From contig CBDFLE010000006.1 of assembly GCA_965248925.1 (NCBI GenBank), positions 736,001 through 800,000 on the forward strand: a stretch of DNA of 64,000 nt. The letters run 5' to 3'. Below, in pieces: positions 27,706 to 37,362 of the stretch. The notes under the pieces were generated by a model. That model did no database searches, was not told the origin of the DNA, and saw nothing but the letters and a program-made list of their open reading frames with translations. Source of the DNA: Candidatus Multivoradales bacterium (GTDB lineage Bacteria; Acidobacteriota; Thermoanaerobaculia; Multivoradales; J023). A program made the translations under genes and the position numbers. Numbering within the stretch: position 1 is the first letter of the stretch; every line of letters starts with the position of its first letter.

Positions 27706-28815
27706 CTACTGGGTCTTGCTTTCCTTGCCGAGCAACCAGCTGATCTCCTTGCCCGCCGCCCGGCCCAACGCCAGGGCTAGCAGCCGCCAAGGAGACATCT
27801 TGCCAAAAGCACCGGCGATCGCGTAGAGGGTGCCGAGGCCGACGCTGCGTTCGCTGGTGATGGCGTAGATCGGCTCCCAACCGTGGGGTTGGAACTTGGC
27901 CTTGTAGGCATCGAGGCCGTCGAAGTTGTAGAACCGCTGACCGTGAGCCCGCACCCAGACCAGCAGCAGCAGCAGCCAACCCTGCTCTGACTGGGTCAAT
28001 TCAGCCCGCCGAGATAGCGGCGACAGACCCAAAGTGACCCACGAGGCGCCTCCCTCGGCCAAATCCCTCATGGCAGCGTCGAGCAGCAGTTCCGAAGTGC
28101 CGTTGGGAGCCTGCAAGCCACGAAGATTCTGTTCCACCAACCAACCCTGGCGCTGCGGCACCGGCGAAGCCACCAGAAAGCCCAGTACCTCCCCATCCCG
28201 CAAGGCGACGAAAATCCGCCGATCGTAAAGCCTTTCCAGAGTCTCGGTCTCAACTAGAAAATGCAGCGGCGGCAGACCACGGGTCGACAGCCACTCCGCC
28301 AAACAGCGTTCGAGTCGAGCCTCACCGGTGGCCCGGAGCGGGTCCCAAGACTCAACTCGCACCCCCTTGTTTCGCGCCCGGTTGAGCTGCGCTCGCAGCG
28401 ACGCTTTGCCGGCGACGATCGCCGGCCAGCCCGCCGGATCCCACCACGGTTGCGCGCCGAGCAAAATGCGATCTTGCGGGCCGCGCTCAGCTAAGACACT
28501 CGCCAACCGCTCATCGGCAGCGAAATAGCAGCTCCATAGGCGGGCGGCGTGAGTCTCGGCTTCGAACTCCTCCACCACCTCGGCCAGCCGCTCGACCGGA
28601 CACACCGGCGAACCCGCCACCACGCGATAGGCAGCACTTTCGACAAAACCCACCAAGGCATCGCCGCGGCTGGAATACCACCGCTGGATACCGGGATTGA
28701 GAATCTGATAGGCGGTGGCATTCCAGCCGTGCTCGAGAATCAGCCGGCGCCCGCGCTCGAGCCCCCCGATCGGCCGCGACAACTCAGTGGTGACCCCAAC
28801 GACAGTCAAATCCAC
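27706..28815 (-). CDS. DUF2156 / MprF C-terminal-like aminoacyl transferase domain protein (stand-alone)
   Basis: GSPVC, LRAQLNRARNKG, APNGTSELL, TLGLSPL, FYNFDGLDAYKAKFQP..WEPIY. Confidence 0.85.
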   Translation of the reverse strand: MDLTVVGVTTELSRPIGGLERGRRLILEHGWNATAYQILNPGIQRWYSSRGDALVGFVESAAYRVVAGSPVCPVERLAEVVEEFEAETHAARLWSCYFAADERLASVLAERGPQDRILLGAQPWWDPAGWPAIVAGKASLRAQLNRARNKGVRVESWDPLRATGEARLERCLAEWLSTRGLPPLHFLVETETLERLYDRRIFVALRDGEVLGFLVASPVPQRQGWLVEQNLRGLQAPNGTSELLLDAAMRDLAEGGASWVTLGLSPLSRRAELTQSEQGWLLLLLVWVRAHGQRFYNFDGLDAYKAKFQPHGWEPIYAITSERSVGLGTLYAIAGAFGKMSPWRLLALALGRAAGKEISWLLGKESKTQ

Positions 28816-29076
28816 TCCCCAAACACCACGGCGGCGGGGTCGCCGGCGGCGGAATCGTACGCTTTAGTAGCAGTGTAGAACAACATGAGAGAGGGCTCCG
28901 CCGACATTCTACGCCGCGAATACCGAGAAGGCTGCCGCAGAGGAGTTTGGCAGCTCCCCTCGCAGAAGTAGAGAGAAGTGTCATACTCAGAGCCTCGATA
29001 AGCGTTGGTGCGGGAGAAGGACATCTTTGCCGCCACCAAGCGTCGCTTGATCGCCAGCGTCGATCAACAGCGGCGG

Positions 29077-29255
29077 CCACTCCATAAAGTGCCTGGCACC
29101 TCCTCCACTCCATAAGGTGCCTGGCACCTCCTCTAGCTCCACTCCACTCCATAAGGTGCCTGGCACCTCTTCTAGCTCCACTCCACTCCATAAGGTGCCT
29201 GGCACCTCCTCTAGCTCCACTCCACTCCATAAGGTGCCTGGCACCTCCTCTAGCT
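29077..29255. repeat. tandem array (39-bp period, 5 copies) with palindromic core AGGTGCCTGGCACCT
   Basis: Units start at 29077 (28 bp), 29105, 29144, 29183 and 29222. Inter-core sequences are essentially identical. Confidence 0.92.
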
Positions 29256-29347
29256 GGCCGCTTCATTTGCCAGGAACAAGACCAGGTGATACGCTCAAGA
29301 AACTTCTCGGGTGATCTGAGGAGTTATTGGATCTGGGAGTTATTGAA

Positions 29348-29899
29348 ATGAAAAACGCTACGCCTATGCTCCTCCTGACGTGGCTCCTCTTAGCCAATAC
29401 AGCCATTGCCGAGTCCCCGGAATTGGCGGCGTTGCCGCTCTTCGAGGAGGGTGCCGGCCCGGCTATCAAGGATGCTGACAGCTGCGGCGGAGAGATCAAG
29501 GATCTCTCTAGTCTCGAAATTCAGCGGCTCGTCGAGCACCGGCAACTGCGACCGGCTGGTCCTGTTCGGGTCAAGCCGTCTACGATGGTCCGGAAGACCC
29601 GTCGGAGCTACGACAAAGCCCTCAATCCAGATGGCGCTGTCGAGCTGGTCAGCGTCACCCGCACCCGTACGACCTCCCGGTCCTATGAGTATCTCGATGA
29701 TGATGGCTTGCTACAAAAGGTAGACATCAATTGCTCACTCTCTTGCTCCGGTATGAGTTGCTCCAGCAGTGGGTGTACGCCCGGCAGCGCAGCCAACTGC
29801 ACTGCTCATACCTGCATCCACGCTATCGGCACGCCACCTTGCTCGGGGACATGCACAAAGAACTCGTCGTCGCGGCCGAACCCAGACAACAAGCATTAG
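29348..29899 (+). CDS. secreted protein with C-terminal 8-Cys domain
   Basis: Signal peptide MKNATPMLLLTWLLLANTAIA; tail CSLSCSGMSCSSSGC...C...C...C...C. Confidence 0.7.
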   Translation: MKNATPMLLLTWLLLANTAIAESPELAALPLFEEGAGPAIKDADSCGGEIKDLSSLEIQRLVEHRQLRPAGPVRVKPSTMVRKTRRSYDKALNPDGAVELVSVTRTRTTSRSYEYLDDDGLLQKVDINCSLSCSGMSCSSSGCTPGSAANCTAHTCIHAIGTPPCSGTCTKNSSSRPNPDNKH

Positions 29900-30353
29900 C
29901 AGCTAACTCTTGACCTTGGTGTGAACGATGCTGCTGTGAAAGCAATCATCTGAAGGTCCCAAGCGGGCCACTCAGCAGCTCCCGGCCAGGAGCGTTGCCC
30001 TCTGACTCGGCTGGTTGGTGGCCACCCGGATGGCAACCTAGCCACCTCCTGCCAGGTCGAGGTGCGCCGTACCCATCTCGAGTTCGGTTTGCAGCAGAGC
30101 GTTGTGATTGTTGCGGGCGATGTGGCAATGCTCGGCGCTGAAACCGAGGTAGTCGGCCTGTCGCTAGCCGGAAGGCTGCGGGCGATCCTCAGGCTACCTG
30201 GCACCTCGCCATTGGACCCTGCAAGCCGAGAGCGGTGAACGTCGATGTGCTCTATCGGGTTGATCGTTAGCCGGCCGCTCGGCGAGCTCTACCATCAGCC
30301 ACTTGCGTGTCTTGACGCTGGGTCCCAAGGGTGTCCGTCATTTCTGTGGCGCA

Positions 30354-30451
30354 GTGTAGGTGGTCGTGGTGGTGTAGCTGAAGACCTGGCCGTCTTCTAC
30401 CCCTTCGTCGACGCGGTCGGGGGCGTTGCCCTGGCCACTGAGGGTGAAGGT
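30354..30451 (-). pseudogene. orphan Rhs core fragment
   Basis: 98 bp matching 40128-40225 with 4 mismatches by manual alignment. Confidence 0.85.
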
Positions 30452-30913
30452 TGGGGGATCAGGCCCGAAGCTACAGAATTTCACTCTAGCGACTTATCCG
30501 CCCTGGGTTCCCCCGCGATAGCCCGATGGAAGTGTTAGGTGCCGTTGGGGATGACGTGTGCCTATTCCGACGAAACTGACCAGCCATTCCGATCGAAACC
30601 GACCACTTGTCGGAGCGAAGCGACGCTGGCGCTCTCCTCAGTTGTAAGTGTCCACTTTCGCTGTAGCTGGAGCCCTCCTTCCGGCTCTTCTTCTTGATTG
30701 ATTGTATTCAAATAACCCGTCGTCGGGGCTGTGCGTAGCTGTGGGAAACGCAGGTTGGGGGGCAGGGGGGCGTTTTCCAAGCGGTTGTGGGAATCGCAGA
30801 GCGATTTCCACAACCGCGGCAGCTTCCACAGTCCATCTTGGGTCGGGTCCGGATCGGGCCGCAGGCCCGCTGATGGGTCAGGATCGGCGATCGCTTCAGC
30901 ATGCTCTTGGATC

Positions 30914-31678
30914 TCACCTTGCCTCTCGCTGGGCGGCCTTGCGAATACCGCCGGCTCTCTTCGCCCGCATGGAGTCACCGTCCACCGCGAGCTTGTAGGC
31001 GCCGTGGACAATGCGATCGAGGATGGCGGCGGCCAAGGTCGGATCGCCGATGACCTCGTACCAGCTCTCAACCGGTAGCTGGGAGGTCACCAGCGTGGAG
31101 CGGTTGCCGTAGCGGTCCTCAAGAATCTCGAGCAGGTCGCGCCGCTCGCTGGCCCCGATCGGCGCCAGCCCCCAGTCGTCGAGGATGAGCAGGTCTGTGC
31201 GAGCATAGCTCTTGAGCAGCTTCTCGTAGCTACCATCACCCCGCGCGATGGCGAGCTGGCGAAACAGCCTCGGCACCCGCAGGTACAAAGCGGTGTAACC
31301 CTCCCGACATGCCTTGTGCGCGAAGGCGCAGGCGAGAAAGGTCTTGCCCACCCCGGCCTTGCCGGTGATCAGCACGTTGAGATGCTCGGCGATCCACTGG
31401 CACGAGGCCAGGCGCAGGATCTGGCCTTTGTCCAGGCCCCTCTTGGCTCGCCAGTCGATGTCTTCGATGGCCGCCTGCTCGCGCAGCTTGGCTTTTCGCA
31501 ACCGCGCTATCAAGCGGCGGCTGGATCGCTCGGTCGCTTCGCGCTCGACCAGCAGCCCGAGGCGCTCTTCGAAGGAGAGCTCTGAGACATCGACCATCGA
31601 CAGCTGCTCCTCAAAGGCTTTGGCCATACCGTGGAGCTTGAGCGCGGCGAGTTGATCGAGCGTCGCGTGCCTCAGCAT
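30914..31678 (-). CDS. istB: IS21 helper ATPase IstB
   Basis: GKAGVGKT, LLILDDWG, ILEDRY, TSQ, AILDR. ATG overlaps the istA end. Confidence 0.93.
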   Translation of the reverse strand: MLRHATLDQLAALKLHGMAKAFEEQLSMVDVSELSFEERLGLLVEREATERSSRRLIARLRKAKLREQAAIEDIDWRAKRGLDKGQILRLASCQWIAEHLNVLITGKAGVGKTFLACAFAHKACREGYTALYLRVPRLFRQLAIARGDGSYEKLLKSYARTDLLILDDWGLAPIGASERRDLLEILEDRYGNRSTLVTSQLPVESWYEVIGDPTLAAAILDRIVHGAYKLAVDGDSMRAKRAGGIRKAAQREAR

Positions 31679-33246
31679 GGCGGCGTCTCCTCGCGGCGCG
31701 CGGCACTGTAGTAGCTGGCGCCGCGGACGTTGCGGTGCTCGATCGGCGCCGTCACTTCGGTGGGCTCGGGCGCTGCTTGCTGGTCCAGGCCGCTCTTCAG
31801 GATCGACTTCACGCTCTTGTAGGACAGGCCGTGAATGGCGAGCGCGCGGCGGCACGCAGCCTCCAAACGATTGGCACCATAGGTCTTGCCCAGGCGCATC
31901 AGCCCCAGACACGAGCGAAAGCCGTGCTGAGGATGGGAGCGGTTAAGCATGATGGTCTCCACCAGTTCGGCCGTCGCCTGGCCTGTTTTCGCCGCCCAGC
32001 TGATCAGCCGTGTCGGTGTCCACTCCAGGTACGCCTGGTGCGCTTTGGGCATGTGCTCGCTCTGGGTCGTGTGCCGACCCCGACACCGATTGCGACGATG
32101 AGCAGCCACACGCTTGCCGCGATCGAGCACCTCCACCAGTTGCGCCGTCGCCCGCAGATCGAGCTGCTTCTTGATCAGCTGGTACGGCACACTGTAATAG
32201 TGGCCCTCGAACTCGACGTGGTAGTCCGGGGCAACGCGTACCTTCTTCCATTCGGCAAGCTCGTAGGGCTGGAGCGGCAAAGCACCCAGAGCAGGACGAT
32301 CGACCTGCTCGAACAGCGCTCGGCGCGAGACGCCCAACACCTTCAGCGGACGGTCGTTAAGCTCGACCAGAAGCTTCGCGATGCTCTCGTTGAGCTCTCG
32401 CAGGCTGAAGAACTGCTGGTTACGCAGCCGGGCCAGAATCCAGCGCTCCACTTGCAATACACCGTTTTCGACCTTCGCCTTGTCTTGGGGCTTCCTCACC
32501 CGCGCCGGCACCACCGCCACGCCGTAGTGCTCGGCCAACTCCGCGTAGGTGCGATTGATCTCCGGCTCGTAGCGGCACGGGCTGGTCACGCCGCTCTTCA
32601 GATTGTCCGGCACCACCAGCTCGCTCACCCCGCCCAGAGCCGCGAAGGTCCGCACATGAGAGCCGATCCAGTCCTCCAGGCCCTGGCTCCACGTTGATTC
32701 GGCATAGGTGTAGTTGCTCGCCCCCAGCACCGCCACGAAGATCTGCGCTTCGCGCTCTTTGCCAGTCGCCGGGTCGATCACCCTCACGGTCTGTCCGGCA
32801 TAGTCGACGAACAGCTTCTCGCCCGCCCGGTAGGCTTGGCGCAGGCACACATCCAGGCGCCCTTCCCAGATCCGGTACAGCTGACAGAAGCGGCTGAGAC
32901 CGTAGCCGTCAGGATGGTCCTCCCGGTACTCCTGCCACAGCAGCGACAGGGTTACGCACTTCTTCTTCAGCTCGCCATGCACCTTGGTCCAGTCGGGCAA
33001 GGCTCGCTGACCACCCCTCCGAAGCGGCTGCGGCCGAGGGTACAGGCGTTGCTCCAGCTCAGCGTCGCTCAAAGCTGCTACTTGCTCCCAGCTCAGGCCT
33101 TCAACCTTGGCTCGCAGCAGGTAGCTGCACACCGTCCCGTGGCCCAGCCGAACCGACCGTCCGATCTGGCGGTGCGACAGGCCATGCTGCCATTTCAGTC
33201 TCAGTACCTCGCGTATCTTGCGCATCGATGTCCTCACTCTCGGCAT
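31672..33246 (-). CDS. istA: IS21 transposase IstA
   Basis: N-terminal HTH, FVDYAG, VPDNLKSGV, PQDKAKVE (DDE), YSVPY. Confidence 0.95.
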   Translation of the reverse strand: MPRVRTSMRKIREVLRLKWQHGLSHRQIGRSVRLGHGTVCSYLLRAKVEGLSWEQVAALSDAELEQRLYPRPQPLRRGGQRALPDWTKVHGELKKKCVTLSLLWQEYREDHPDGYGLSRFCQLYRIWEGRLDVCLRQAYRAGEKLFVDYAGQTVRVIDPATGKEREAQIFVAVLGASNYTYAESTWSQGLEDWIGSHVRTFAALGGVSELVVPDNLKSGVTSPCRYEPEINRTYAELAEHYGVAVVPARVRKPQDKAKVENGVLQVERWILARLRNQQFFSLRELNESIAKLLVELNDRPLKVLGVSRRALFEQVDRPALGALPLQPYELAEWKKVRVAPDYHVEFEGHYYSVPYQLIKKQLDLRATAQLVEVLDRGKRVAAHRRNRCRGRHTTQSEHMPKAHQAYLEWTPTRLISWAAKTGQATAELVETIMLNRSHPQHGFRSCLGLMRLGKTYGANRLEAACRRALAIHGLSYKSVKSILKSGLDQQAAPEPTEVTAPIEHRNVRGASYYSAARREETPPC

Positions 33247-33969
33247 CCAATCCTCCTTTCAAGGAGGCTGGAATACCCCAATTGTGAGGAGCGCGCTACC
33301 GTCGAACTCCGCCGTGGCCAGGATTCCGATCCAATCTGACCACCCATTCCGATCGACCCGGAAAAGTGGTCACTTTCGATCGGAATCGATGGTCAGATTC
33401 CGTTGGAATCACTGGTCACTTTCAATCGGAATCGGTGGTCGGTTTCCGTCGGTGCAGGCAGACGTGAGCATGAGCGATCGGTGAGATCCGGGCCAGGTGT
33501 TCGGGTCGTGGGTGGTGGCCGGTGCTACGCAGTTGCTCGAGGATCTCGGTCATGCGCACGGTGTTCCAGACGAGCACTGCGTTGGAGAGCAGGGACAAAG
33601 CGCTGACCTTGTTCATGATCTCTTCGTAGTCGCGGCTGCGAAAGGCGCCTTGGTTGGCGAAGAAGAGGCGTCGAGCAAGTTGGTGGCGGGCCTCACCGCG
33701 GTTGAGCTGGAGCTGAACCCTATGGCGCAAATCCTCATCCTGGAGGTATCGCAGTACGTACCGGGTCTTGGCCAGCCGGGCCAAGGCGGTCAAGGCTTTG
33801 GCCAGTCGGTCGGATCTGGAGCTGGCGGCCAGGCGCTGGAGCACGACATGGGCTGGTGCCGTGCGGTGCTGCAGCGAGGCCGCGAGGCGCACGAGCGGGT
33901 CCCACTGCTCAAGTGCTTGCGCCTGCGAGTGGTGGATGGACCCTCAAGAAGGACGCCGCTCTTCATATT

Positions 33970-34365
33970 TCAGTGAGGCAATAGTGCGCTCTCGCCGAAC
34001 CCCAATCGATCGAAGTAGACAGCCGTGATCGGCGCTCCTTCGAGACCGCTGTTGACACGGTCTAGGACCAATCTGGCGAACTCCTCTTGTCTTGCAATAG
34101 CCATGAATAGAAGGCGGTATTCAATTGCGAGATCGGCAATAGCTTCGGCTATTCGCCTGTGATCGTCGTCGTCAAGCACTTCTAGCGCTTCACGACAACC
34201 CACCAAGACCGTACCAATTTCGATAAGATAGCCATCTGTCTGAACTTCAAGAGGCGATTCTGTAAGTTTGACGTAGCCCGGCGTGCATTTGACGACCGGG
34301 TCTGCGACACAACTGGATAGCGCCAATCCCAGAGCAACAGCGGTCAGAATCGCCCTGTTGATCAT
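33970..34365 (-). CDS. lipoprotein, putative orphan immunity protein
   Basis: Lipobox LSSC, lower GC, within the Rhs tail. Confidence 0.65.
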   Translation of the reverse strand: MINRAILTAVALGLALSSCVADPVVKCTPGYVKLTESPLEVQTDGYLIEIGTVLVGCREALEVLDDDDHRRIAEAIADLAIEYRLLFMAIARQEEFARLVLDRVNSGLEGAPITAVYFDRLGFGESALLPH

Positions 34366-34410
34366 CAGGTGAGCCCCTTCAGATACTGAAACTGGCGGCC
34401 ACCTCTGCCT

Positions 34411-34863
34411 TCAATCCCCAATGTCGATGGGCGACGGGGCCGCGTACTCGATCAATTGAAGCTGAGGGGAGTCCCAGCTGACTTGGTACACTTGGACACG
34501 ATTAACAACGGCCTCACCAAGCCAGGCGTTGAGCAGACTCGCCAGTTCTACTTGAAACTCGCCTCTTATCTCGCTGTCCAAGATCCGCAAACCATAGATC
34601 TTGGTTTTGCCTACAACGATTTCTCTCGCAATTGCTAAATCTTCTTCCGTAAGTTCAAGGAGAGTCTCTTTCTCTCCAAATAACGTTACCTTGAAGACCA
34701 GCCCCAAATGGTCCCCTAGGCTCGCTTCGAGAAGCCTAGGAGAGAGTTCTAAAGCAAAGTGGCCGTCATCCATCTTCTCAAAGGAGCCGCCTTGTTCAGT
34801 AGATTGCTCACCACATCCGTTGAGGACAATCAAGAGCGCAGCAATGACCAAGAGGTTTCGCAT
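34411..34863 (-). CDS. lipoprotein, putative immunity protein
   Basis: Lipobox LNGC. ATG overlaps the upstream stop (TAATG). Confidence 0.65.
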   Translation of the reverse strand: MRNLLVIAALLIVLNGCGEQSTEQGGSFEKMDDGHFALELSPRLLEASLGDHLGLVFKVTLFGEKETLLELTEEDLAIAREIVVGKTKIYGLRILDSEIRGEFQVELASLLNAWLGEAVVNRVQVYQVSWDSPQLQLIEYAAPSPIDIGD

Positions 34864-35186
34864 TAGAATGGGCTATAAAGAAATGTTTCTGAGAATAGGT
34901 CTCCTAGGCAGTCGCTACCGACACCGTATGCTTCGCACTCAAGGAGGTTCCTAATTTGGGATAGCGGTACGTTGGCGCCCACTAGGGACAGAATACGAGG
35001 CTCCATTAGCTGGAGTTTGTGTTTTCTTTCGTGCTGACAGACACAAAAATCGACGCAATCGTCGCCAGATGGCACATACCGTGGACCATTCTTTACATTT
35101 CCGACCTGGCACCTGCTGAGGCACTTAGGTCGGCAGAAAGCCCTCTCGCCACCCAAATCCAAAGCATATTGCTCGGTTCTTGGCAT
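34863..35186 (-). CDS. orphan toxin-tip fragment, Cys-rich HExxH metallopeptidase-like
   Basis: QHERKH...ECEAY. Translationally coupled to the downstream lipoprotein. Confidence 0.5.
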   Translation of the reverse strand: MPRTEQYALDLGGERAFCRPKCLSRCQVGNVKNGPRYVPSGDDCVDFCVCQHERKHKLQLMEPRILSLVGANVPLSQIRNLLECEAYGVGSDCLGDLFSETFLYSPF

Positions 35187-35194
35187 CGATCAAA

Positions 35195-35719
35195 TCAGTT
35201 AGTGTCGCTTTCGTCGATGCCAATCTGACCTCGCCTAGAAGACTTCAGGTAGACTCGGGGTTTCATTGACAAAAAGCGAGTCAGAATTCCGCAGAAGAAT
35301 CCGCAGACCCCTCCGACCAGCCAACCCAAGAGAGGAAACAGCGAGGCACAACTTATCACGACAATCTGCAAGGTTCTCAACCTGAAACCGGGCGCGGAGA
35401 TTGTTTCAACTGAACTAAACATCGCGGCTATGAGAGCAGCAGCAAGAGAGGATAGTGCGCCAAGTATCACCCCTGCCAGAAAGTACTCTACTACTCCAGC
35501 GCTGGGTCGGAACAACAAGTACCCAGCAAGCGCGACCGCAAGAGCGCAGAAAAATACTCTGTCGTAAAGTTGTAGATGCCAGTTAGTGACAAAGATGTTT
35601 ACGAAGTCTCTAAGTCCAATGGCTCTCAATATGGAGAACCCCGAGAAGGTGCCGAGTGTCGAGACGAGGCAAGCCTTGGCGACGATAAGCGATCTGCTCA
35701 CTTGCTCGCTCCGGGACAT
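35195..35719 (-). CDS. 4-TM membrane protein, putative cognate Rhs immunity protein
   Basis: Hydrophobic helices. Start ATG 35719 or GTG 35701, overlapping the reconstructed Rhs stop at 35698. Confidence 0.6.
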   Translation of the reverse strand: MSRSEQVSRSLIVAKACLVSTLGTFSGFSILRAIGLRDFVNIFVTNWHLQLYDRVFFCALAVALAGYLLFRPSAGVVEYFLAGVILGALSSLAAALIAAMFSSVETISAPGFRLRTLQIVVISCASLFPLLGWLVGGVCGFFCGILTRFLSMKPRVYLKSSRRGQIGIDESDTN

Positions 35720-35865
35720 TGAAGCCGCCGTACTAGCCCTCGATTGCTCCGTCGAATCGCACGATTCAGGGCTCGGCGCAAGAGAGCGGGCGTCGCTCCG
35801 CTGCCCATCCGTCCAAACGGCCCGACTGTGCTCAGTGCCCCTGTTGTCATAATAGCGCACCCTAG

Positions 35866-37362
35866 CAGCCCGTGGTGAAAGTCCCGATTACGGCCGTCTT
35901 GGCGATCTTCCCTGGTAGAATCTTTCCACCCGAGGGAGGTAGCGACCATGGCGATGGGCAGGCGAAGCAATCGAAGACAGCGGCAGCTCTGGGTGGAAAC
36001 CCAGGCGCTGGCCAAGTCCCCAGGACATCCTTTCTACGAGCGTCTGTCCAAGATTCTCGACAAGCACGGTTTCGATCGCTTTATCGAGGAGCAGTGCGCG
36101 AGGTTTTACGCTACGAGGATGGGACGGCCTTCGCTGGCGCCCGCGGTGTATTTTCGGTTGCTGTTGATCGGCTTCTTCGAGGGTATCGACTCTGAGCGAG
36201 GTATCGCATGGCGGCTTGCGGATTCGATGACTCTGCGCGACTTTCTGGGCTTCGAACTCTCGGACCAGACCCCGGACCATTCGACGCTCTCTCGGACCCG
36301 TCGCCTGATCGATCTCGAGACCCATGAGGCGGTGTTTGCTTGGGTTTTGCAAGTACTGGCGAAGGCTGGCTTGCTCCGGGGAAAGACGCTGGGCATCGAT
36401 GCGACGACCCTCGAGGCGAACGCGGCGATGCGCAGCATCGTGCGTCGAGACTCGGGCGAGAGCTACGAAGAGTTTCTCACGCGCCTGGCCGAGGCTTCGG
36501 GTGTGGAGACCCCGACGCGAGCGGATCTGGCGCGTTTTGACCGCCAAAGGAAGAACAAAAAGACGTCGAACGGCGACTGGAAGAACCCCCACGATCCCGA
36601 CGCCAAAGTCACGCGAATGAAGGATGGGCGGACGCATCTGGCGCACAAAGCCGAGCATGCGGTGGATATGGAGACGGGTGCGGTTGTGGCGGTGACGGTG
36701 CAACCTGCAGACCGAGGGGACACGTCGAGCCTAGAGCGGACGTTGGATGAAGTCGCTGCGGTGCTGGAAGATGTCGTTGAGAATTCGGAGGCTGGCGATC
36801 ACTTGAGCGAGAAAGTCCGTTCAGAGCTGGTGGCTGACAAGGGCTATCACAGTAACGCGGTCATGAAGGCACAGCGTCAAGGGAAGATTCGAACCTATAT
36901 TTCGGAACCGGATCGAGGCCGACGCAACTGGTACGGCAAAGAGGCGGAGAAGCAAGCGGTGTATGCCAACCGTCGACGGATCAAGGGTCGTCGAGGCCGC
37001 GAGCTGTCGCGGCGTCGAGGAGAGAAAGTAGAACGCACCTTTGCCCATTGCTACGAGACTGGCGGTATGAGAAGGACCCACCTTCGAGGTCACGACAACA
37101 TCCGCAAAAGGTTGCTGATTCACATCGCGGGATTCAATCTTGGGCTGCTGCTTCGTCAAATGTATGGAGCCGGCACTCCACGGGCCCTTCAGGGCTTTCT
37201 TTCGGCTCTCGAACAGGGCTTTCGCGCCGTATGTAGCTTGCTGAGCTGGCTTCTGCCGCACGAGAGCGGATATTGGCCACTAAGATCTTCGATCAGACCA
37301 CCTGCGCCGGCTGGCCTCAATTTAGGCCACATTTTGTAGAAACGGACTTCTGCCACGGGCTG
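35866..37362 (+). mobile_element. IS5/IS1182-family insertion sequence (1497 bp)
   Basis: IRs CAGCCCGTGGTGAAAGTCC and CAGCCCGTGGCAGAAGTCC. CTAG duplicated at 35862-35865 and 37363-37366. Confidence 0.9.
35948..37339 (+). CDS. IS5/IS1182-family DDE transposase
   Basis: GRPS, SERGI, PDHSTLSR, IDATTLEANA, ADKGY, VERTF. GGAGG RBS. Confidence 0.92.
   Translation: MAMGRRSNRRQRQLWVETQALAKSPGHPFYERLSKILDKHGFDRFIEEQCARFYATRMGRPSLAPAVYFRLLLIGFFEGIDSERGIAWRLADSMTLRDFLGFELSDQTPDHSTLSRTRRLIDLETHEAVFAWVLQVLAKAGLLRGKTLGIDATTLEANAAMRSIVRRDSGESYEEFLTRLAEASGVETPTRADLARFDRQRKNKKTSNGDWKNPHDPDAKVTRMKDGRTHLAHKAEHAVDMETGAVVAVTVQPADRGDTSSLERTLDEVAAVLEDVVENSEAGDHLSEKVRSELVADKGYHSNAVMKAQRQGKIRTYISEPDRGRRNWYGKEAEKQAVYANRRRIKGRRGRELSRRRGEKVERTFAHCYETGGMRRTHLRGHDNIRKRLLIHIAGFNLGLLLRQMYGAGTPRALQGFLSALEQGFRAVCSLLSWLLPHESGYWPLRSSIRPPAPAGLNLGHIL

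Larger units (their letters stand above)
30559..33460 (-). mobile_element. IS21-family insertion sequence (2902 bp)
   Basis: TGCCT...AGGCA termini with multiple subterminal ATTCCGATC...GACCA repeats. 6-bp target duplication GACGTG at 30553-30558 and 33461-33466. Confidence 0.93.
30453..33912 (-). mobile_element. Tn3-family transposon remnant (one IR + 3' end of tnpA), interrupted by IS21
   Basis: IR-like GGGGATCAGGCCCGAAGCTACAGAATTTCACTCTAG at about 30453-30490. tnpA fragment EQWDPLVRLAASL...QLNRGEARHQLAR...NAVLVWNT...ISPIAHAHV continues across the IS as IPNGT*HF. Confidence 0.8.

Noticed and set aside
29077-29255. Possible CRISPR array
   Set aside because: The sequences between the palindromic cores are identical rather than unique spacers, the period is only 39 bp, and no cas genes are present.
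29900-30350. Short ORFs between the Cys-rich gene and the Rhs fragment
   Set aside because: No convincing start, RBS or motif. They are probably decayed sequence that cannot be assigned by eye.
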